NCBI GenBank assembly: GCA_964356495.1
Contig: CAYHHR010000002.1
Span: 1-56,699 of the forward strand
DNA length: 56,699 nt
Direction of reading: 5' to 3'
DNA from: an uncultured Gammaproteobacteria bacterium
Lineage (GTDB): Bacteria; Patescibacteriota; Patescibacteriia; Magasanikbacterales; GWA2-37-8
Of the stretch, positions 52,095 to 56,699 are shown in pieces (position 1 is the stretch's first letter; every line of letters begins with the position of its first letter). Below the pieces are notes generated by a model. The model saw nothing but the letters and a program-made list of their open reading frames with translations. It searched no databases and was not told the origin of the DNA. Both the position numbers and the translations under genes were made by a program.

Positions 52095-54599
52095 TTATTT
52101 AACTAATAAAGTATTGTCGCTGACGACCAGCGTGTAACTTTTTTTTACTTTTCGTCGCAGAATTATATCGGTCATTAGTCCCTCCACCTGTTCGCGAATC
52201 AATCTTCGGACATCGCGCGCGCCGCTCTTCGCCTCCGGCAGTTGCGAGATCACCCACTTCAGCACTTTCTCATCGGGCAGAATCGCAGTTTGATAATGGC
52301 GGAGCTGTTCGTTGAAACGTTTTAGTTCGAGTTCGGCGAGCCTCTCCAGTATCGAAGTGTCCAAGGTATTGAAGAAACAAACGCGATCAAGCCGGTTGAT
52401 CACTTCCGGGGAGAAATATTCTTTGAGTTTGTCCGTCAGGCGCTGTCGCGTTTCCTTGGCATTTTCGGTCGCGTTGCCGAATCCAAATGAATTTTTTTTC
52501 AATTCTTCGGAGCCATAGGAAGTGGTCAGAATTATGATCGCGTGGCGAAGCGAGACCGTCTTGCCGGTCGAATCCGTAATTTGTCCGTTCTCGAGGATTT
52601 GTAACAATAATTTCACGATGTCGCGGTGCGCTTTATCGATCTCATCGAACAGAACTACGCAGTGCGGGTTCATTTTAATTTTATCAGTAAAGTGGTTGCT
52701 TTCCTTGTAGCCGATATATCCGGCCGGGGAACCGAGCAGCTTCGAAACACCGAAGCTCTCGTTGAATTCGCTCATGTCTAATTTTATGAAGGCTTCCGGA
52801 TTGGCATAGAGGACTTTGGCGAGAGTCTTCGCGAGTTCGGTTTTGCCGACGCCGCTTTCGCCGACGAATAAGCATGAGGCGAGCGGCCGTTCGGGATTGC
52901 TGAGGCCGAGCTTCGCGCCGCGTATCAATCGGCTGACGTCCCTCACCGTTTCATCTTGTCCGACAATAAATTTTTTTAGTTTCGCTTCAAGCTGATCGAG
53001 CGACTCCGAATCGTCCAGCAAAAGATCGCTTGGCTTAGTGCCGATGATCTTCGCGACCTGTTCGAGAACATCGCGTTCGGTGATCGCGCCGACCATGACG
53101 ATTTTTTTATCCCTGCTTTCCACGGCGGCTTTTTTTAGCTCGGCGCGAAGCTCATCTTCTTCTTTTTTGAGACGAACCGCATCGGTGAATTTATCCGCTC
53201 TGGCCGCGGTTTCTTTGGCGGCAACGGTTTTTTCCAGTTTTTGCTCCAGCCGTGAAATTTTACTTTGCGGTCCGGCCTTGATTGTCAGGCGTTTCGCGGC
53301 CGCGGTTTCATCGATGAGGTCGATCGCTTTGTCAGGCAAAAATTTATTGGTGATGTAGCGCTGAGATAGGCGAACGGCGGCGGCGATCGCTTCGTCGCCG
53401 ATTATAATTTTGTGGTAAAGCTCATAATTTTGTTTCACGCCTTTCAGAATGGTGGTGGCGTCTTCGACGCTGGGCTCTCGCGCGAAAATAGTTTGGAAGC
53501 GGCGCTCAAGAGCGGCGTCATTTTCAATGTATTTTTTGTATTCGGCTGGAGTGGTCGCGCCGATACAGCGTAACTGTCCGCGGGAGAGCGGCGGCTTCAG
53601 GATGTTGGCGGCGTCCATCGTGCCTCCATTACTTCCGGCGCCGACGATATTGTGAACTTCATCAATAAATAAAATAATGTTTGGATTGTTGATCGCTTCG
53701 TCGATAACTTGGCGGAGGCGCGCTTCAAATTCGCCGCGATAAATCGTGCCGGCGATCAGCATGCTCATGTCGAGACAATAAATTTTTTTGGTTGAAAGGA
53801 GGTCCGGAACTTTCCCCTCGATAATTCTTTTGGCAAGGCCTTCGACAATCGCGGTTTTGCCGACGCCCGGTTCGCCGAGCAGAAGCGGATTATTTTTGGT
53901 GCGGCGGCAGAGGATTTGGATAACGCGTTCAATCTCGTTTTCCCGTCCGATTACCGGGTCAATATTTTTTTGGATTGAGGGATCGGTAAGGTCGGAAGCA
54001 AAAAAACTCAAAGCCGATTCTTTCTTTTTGGCGGACTTTGGCAGGGCGGCCCCCTCGAGGTTGATATTATCGGTGATGTTCTCCTCGATTTTTTTGACTA
54101 CTTCGGCGACTTCGGTGAGGTGAGGGAAGTGCGTGGCGTTGGCGAGCACGGTGTCAATTTGTCTTTGGAGATCGTCGATATCGACGGCATTAACCTGTAA
54201 AATATCCAGCGTCAGCGGATCTTCGAATTTCACAAGCGCCGCGAGCAGGTGCTCGGTCCCGATGTAGTTGTGTCGATTTTCCTCCGAGATTATCATTGCT
54301 TTTTCTAAGACATCTTTGGTATTTTGTGAGAGCGGAGTCATGGTGTCGTCGGTCGCCTTTCCCGACGTGTGGAGCATATCAACTTTGCGCGTCGGAAGGC
54401 TGAGCAGAGCCTCCTCGATCGATTTGGTAGTGATTTGGACGCGGCTCACGATTTCGGTGGCTACCGAACCGTGTTGATTTGAGATTGAAAAGAAGAGGTG
54501 GATCGGTTCAACCTCGATATTTTTCAGTTCCGCGCTAAGATGGATACTGCGGGCCAGTACGTCTCGAAGATGAGAAGAAAAACGGTCTAAAAGATTCAT
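52095..54599 (-). CDS. clpC: Class I Clp/Hsp100 AAA+ ATPase, ClpC-like
   Basis: Clp_N repeats, two AAA modules ([30 protein letters not shown]), and a short middle domain. An FGF loop (KNSFGFGN) sits where ClpP-docking loops occur. The length of 834 aa fits ClpC better than ClpB. Confidence 0.85.
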   Translation of the reverse strand: MNLLDRFSSHLRDVLARSIHLSAELKNIEVEPIHLFFSISNQHGSVATEIVSRVQITTKSIEEALLSLPTRKVDMLHTSGKATDDTMTPLSQNTKDVLEKAMIISEENRHNYIGTEHLLAALVKFEDPLTLDILQVNAVDIDDLQRQIDTVLANATHFPHLTEVAEVVKKIEENITDNINLEGAALPKSAKKKESALSFFASDLTDPSIQKNIDPVIGRENEIERVIQILCRRTKNNPLLLGEPGVGKTAIVEGLAKRIIEGKVPDLLSTKKIYCLDMSMLIAGTIYRGEFEARLRQVIDEAINNPNIILFIDEVHNIVGAGSNGGTMDAANILKPPLSRGQLRCIGATTPAEYKKYIENDAALERRFQTIFAREPSVEDATTILKGVKQNYELYHKIIIGDEAIAAAVRLSQRYITNKFLPDKAIDLIDETAAAKRLTIKAGPQSKISRLEQKLEKTVAAKETAARADKFTDAVRLKKEEDELRAELKKAAVESRDKKIVMVGAITERDVLEQVAKIIGTKPSDLLLDDSESLDQLEAKLKKFIVGQDETVRDVSRLIRGAKLGLSNPERPLASCLFVGESGVGKTELAKTLAKVLYANPEAFIKLDMSEFNESFGVSKLLGSPAGYIGYKESNHFTDKIKMNPHCVVLFDEIDKAHRDIVKLLLQILENGQITDSTGKTVSLRHAIIILTTSYGSEELKKNSFGFGNATENAKETRQRLTDKLKEYFSPEVINRLDRVCFFNTLDTSILERLAELELKRFNEQLRHYQTAILPDEKVLKWVISQLPEAKSGARDVRRLIREQVEGLMTDIILRRKVKKSYTLVVSDNTLLVK

Positions 54600-54655
54600 A
54601 AAATATTGCTAATTTAGTACGGATATTGTACACTGTTTTTATTCGTTAGTCAAAA

Positions 54656-56041
54656 ATGTATCGTATGGATTTCAACCCTGAAATTTTCAAGGCGTATGAC
54701 ATCCGCGGCCTCGTTCGCGGCGATCTTTCGGAAGAGCTTGCTTATCGAATCGGACGTGGTTTTGTGGCTTTTTTACGCTCTGGAGCAAATTTGCATGAAA
54801 ATCAATCAATCGTCGTCGGACGCGACATGCGCGAGAGCGGTCCGTTTTTATCCGCGGCGGTAATGCGCGGCATTCAGGATGAAGGGGTGAATGTCACGAA
54901 CATCGGTCTGACCTCGACGCCGCTCTTTAATTTTGCCTGCGCCAATTTTCCGGAATACGCCGGCGGCATCATGGTGACAGCCAGTCATAATCCCGCAGAA
55001 TATAATGGTTTCAAATTGACGATGGGCAATGGGTTGCCGGTCGGAAGGGGCAACGGCATGGAGGCGACGCGCGATTTAGTTGATCGAAATGATTTTGCGG
55101 ATCAGCCTAAGCATGGCGAGATCAAGACCCGCGATGTTTTCCCGGAATATCTGGAAAGAATTTTTGAATTAGTGACACCCGATACTATCAAACCCCTGAA
55201 GATCGTCATCGACGCCGGCAACGGCATGGCGGACGTAACTTTCCCTAAAATTTTAAAACATTTACCGGTCGAGACGACCTATTTGTTCCTCGAACCGGAC
55301 GGACGTTTTCCAAATCATGAAGCCAATCCTCTCAAAACTGAAACCTTGCAGGCATTGCAAAAAAAGGTAGTTGAGATGAAAGCGGATTTCGGGTTTGCGC
55401 TAGACGGCGACGCCGACCGTATCGGCCTTGTCGATGAGAAGGGACAGATCGTGCCGGCTTCGATCGTCGGCGCGCTGGTCGGTCTTGAAGTTTTGCAGAC
55501 GCACCCTGGCGCCCGCATGCTCTACGATCTGCGTTCGAGCGCGATCGTGAAGGAAGTCTGGGAGAAGGCTGGCGCGACCACAGAGATGTGCATGGTCGGG
55601 CACGCTCTAATCAAAAAAATGATGGCGACGACCAAAGCTGACTTCGCGAGCGAACTTTCCATGCATCTTTATTATGCCGATCTTTTTAATCTCGAATCAT
55701 CAGATCTTTCGTTGCTCTATATTTTGCGAATGCTTTCGCGTGATGGCCAGACGTTGAGCGGTATTGTGAAGCCGCTTCAGAAATATTTTCATTCCGGGGA
55801 AATAAATTTTAAAATCACTGATAAGGAAGCAATTTTGAAAAAACTTGAAAAGAAATATACTTCAAAAACAAATAAAATTTCGCATCTCGACGGATTGTGG
55901 GTAAAGACTCCGTGGGGCATGATTAGTGTCCGTGCTAGCAATACCGAACCGGTGCTCCGATTGAATTTGGAGGCTGATTCTCAGGAAAAAATGGAAGAAG
56001 AACTTCAAAAAATTGAGAAGATTATAAATTCGGCGGATTAG
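54656..56041 (+). CDS. Phosphomannomutase/phosphoglucomutase family protein
   Basis: Active-site TASHNPAEYNGFK, the metal site FALDGDADR, and the four-domain length of 461 aa. Confidence 0.9.
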   Translation: MYRMDFNPEIFKAYDIRGLVRGDLSEELAYRIGRGFVAFLRSGANLHENQSIVVGRDMRESGPFLSAAVMRGIQDEGVNVTNIGLTSTPLFNFACANFPEYAGGIMVTASHNPAEYNGFKLTMGNGLPVGRGNGMEATRDLVDRNDFADQPKHGEIKTRDVFPEYLERIFELVTPDTIKPLKIVIDAGNGMADVTFPKILKHLPVETTYLFLEPDGRFPNHEANPLKTETLQALQKKVVEMKADFGFALDGDADRIGLVDEKGQIVPASIVGALVGLEVLQTHPGARMLYDLRSSAIVKEVWEKAGATTEMCMVGHALIKKMMATTKADFASELSMHLYYADLFNLESSDLSLLYILRMLSRDGQTLSGIVKPLQKYFHSGEINFKITDKEAILKKLEKKYTSKTNKISHLDGLWVKTPWGMISVRASNTEPVLRLNLEADSQEKMEEELQKIEKIINSAD

Positions 56042-56080
56042 AGTGGCTTATTTCAGCTGAAAAAAGTTAATTTGATCATA

Positions 56081-56107
56081 AACCGCTTGACAAACAAGCG
56101 GTTTTTT
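56081..56107 (+). terminator. Rho-independent terminator after the PMM/PGM gene
   Basis: aaccgctt-gacaaac-aagcggtt stem followed by a T-run. It overlaps the -35 element of the next promoter. Confidence 0.6.
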
Positions 56108-56115
56108 GGTATAAT
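56087..56115 (+). promoter_or_regulatory. Consensus sigma70 promoter
   Basis: TTGACA, 17-nt spacer, TATAAT. Confidence 0.5.
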
Positions 56116-56195
56116 TTAGCACTTTTAATTTTACGGCGTATATTTTCTAGCACATGGGGTGCTGGCGAATATAAGCCATTTCGAGGAGAGTTGTC

Positions 56196-56363
56196 ATGGG
56201 GAATACCCCCAACGATTCGAAAGCAGCTCCGACGGAGTCTGTCACGAACGAAGAGACGGGCGTGGCGGAGTCCAGCTTGATCGATGACCCCGATTACGAG
56301 TTCGATCTCGACGGCTACCCGCCGACGACGTCGCCGGACATGCCGGACGGAGGCGGCTTCTAG
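56196..56363 (+). CDS. Small acidic Pro/Asp-rich ORF (55 aa), GC-rich, absent from the ORF track
   Basis: gaggagag lies 5 nt upstream of the ATG. It encodes MGNTPNDSKAAPTESVTNEETGVAESSLIDDPDYEFDLDGYPPTTSPDMPDGGGF. A consensus promoter lies upstream and a hairpin downstream. Confidence 0.35.
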   Translation: MGNTPNDSKAAPTESVTNEETGVAESSLIDDPDYEFDLDGYPPTTSPDMPDGGGF

Positions 56364-56383
56364 GCCGTAGCAGTACGCAAAAT

Positions 56384-56411
56384 CCGTTCCTGACGAAGTT
56401 GTCAGGGACGG
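56384..56411. terminator. Hairpin between the convergent small ORF and the HicB-like gene
   Basis: ccgttcctgac-gaagtt-gtcagggacgg forms an 11-bp stem with one G.U pair. It overlaps the hicB-like stop codon. Confidence 0.5.
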
Positions 56412-56593
56412 GTTCTTTCTTTAGCAACTACTTCCAAACATAATTCAATCGCTTCCTTCGCGCGTTCCCGAAGTTTCTCATAGGTTTTCGCTTGGGTCAC
56501 GCAACCGGGCAAAGCGGGCACTTGCGCGACAAAATAGCCGTCCTCGCCGCGTTCAATAATTACTTTGTAGTTTCGTATTTTTGCAGTTTTCAT
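56402..56593 (-). CDS. HicB-like antitoxin (UPF0150 family)
   Basis: YKVIIERGEDGYFVAQVPALPGCVTQAKTYEKLRERAKEAIELCLE is the typical HicB/UPF0150 N-terminal domain. No hicA ORF is visible in the roughly 100 nt upstream. Confidence 0.7.
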   Translation of the reverse strand: MKTAKIRNYKVIIERGEDGYFVAQVPALPGCVTQAKTYEKLRERAKEAIELCLEVVAKERTRP

Positions 56594-56649
56594 ATTGAGT
56601 TGAGTATATCAATTATGACGGTCGCGGTCAAATATGTATTTATAAATAT

Positions 56650-56679
56650 TTGACTGAAAGTGTCGGGGGGGGGTATTAT
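56650..56679 (+). promoter_or_regulatory. Promoter-like element with a G9 homopolymer in the spacer
   Basis: TTGACT, 18-nt spacer ending in nine consecutive G (56665..56673), then TATTAT. The downstream gene lies outside the window. Confidence 0.4.
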
Positions 56680-56699
56680 GGGAGCATAATTTATAAATT

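Noticed and set aside
56242-56427. A 61-aa Arg-rich ORF on the minus strand.
   Set aside because: It is antisense to a + strand ORF that has a promoter, RBS and terminator. It overlaps the hicB-like 3' end and the terminator hairpin, and its composition is typical of a GC-rich shadow frame.

Overview
This 56.7-kb window comes from a small-genome bacterium that uses the standard genetic code (TGA terminates genes where homologs end). Gene content and layout suggest Candidate Phyla Radiation/Patescibacteria: S5 is followed directly by L15 with no L30 gene, several housekeeping proteins are shortened, and conserved operons are fragmented.

Content, in order:
- 3' part of a UvrD/PcrA-type helicase, then a DinJ/RelE-type toxin-antitoxin (TA) pair.
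- rpsL-rpsG-fusA.
- A 7.5-kb block separating fusA from tuf: a small-ORF/DUF2335 pair, uvrB, a DUF559 endonuclease, a SanA-like gene, an ABC ATPase plus FtsX-type permease, and an acidic ORF.
- tuf and the S10-spc ribosomal superoperon through secY.
- A 1.1-kb repeat and small-gene insertion, then adk-map-ruvX-recO-asnS.
- A metallophosphoesterase, then an AT-rich islet next to tRNA-Leu (GNAT/ParB-like fusion plus a LAGLIDADG endonuclease).
- parAB, rel, topA, dprA, pth, der, an LCP protein, tRNA-Val, tRNA-Arg, recG and radA.
- A four-gene envelope cassette wedged between radA and clpC, then a PMM/PGM and a HicB-like antitoxin.

The most unusual signal is not a gene cluster. It is a dense population of at least ten families of short palindromic repeats.
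- G/C-rich, stop-free families (A, B, C, K) sit in frame inside uvrD-like, uvrB (three sites), recG (three sites), radA, a DUF559 gene and an acidic ORF. This resembles Rickettsia palindromic elements.
- One DUF559 endonuclease gene is bracketed by inverted copies of family B.
- Other families (F, G, H, I, J) occupy intergenic gaps of the ribosomal operons. Family J forms a shared C-terminal tail on L3 and S3.

All repeat calls come from visual alignment within this window. Genome-wide copy numbers and expression are untested.
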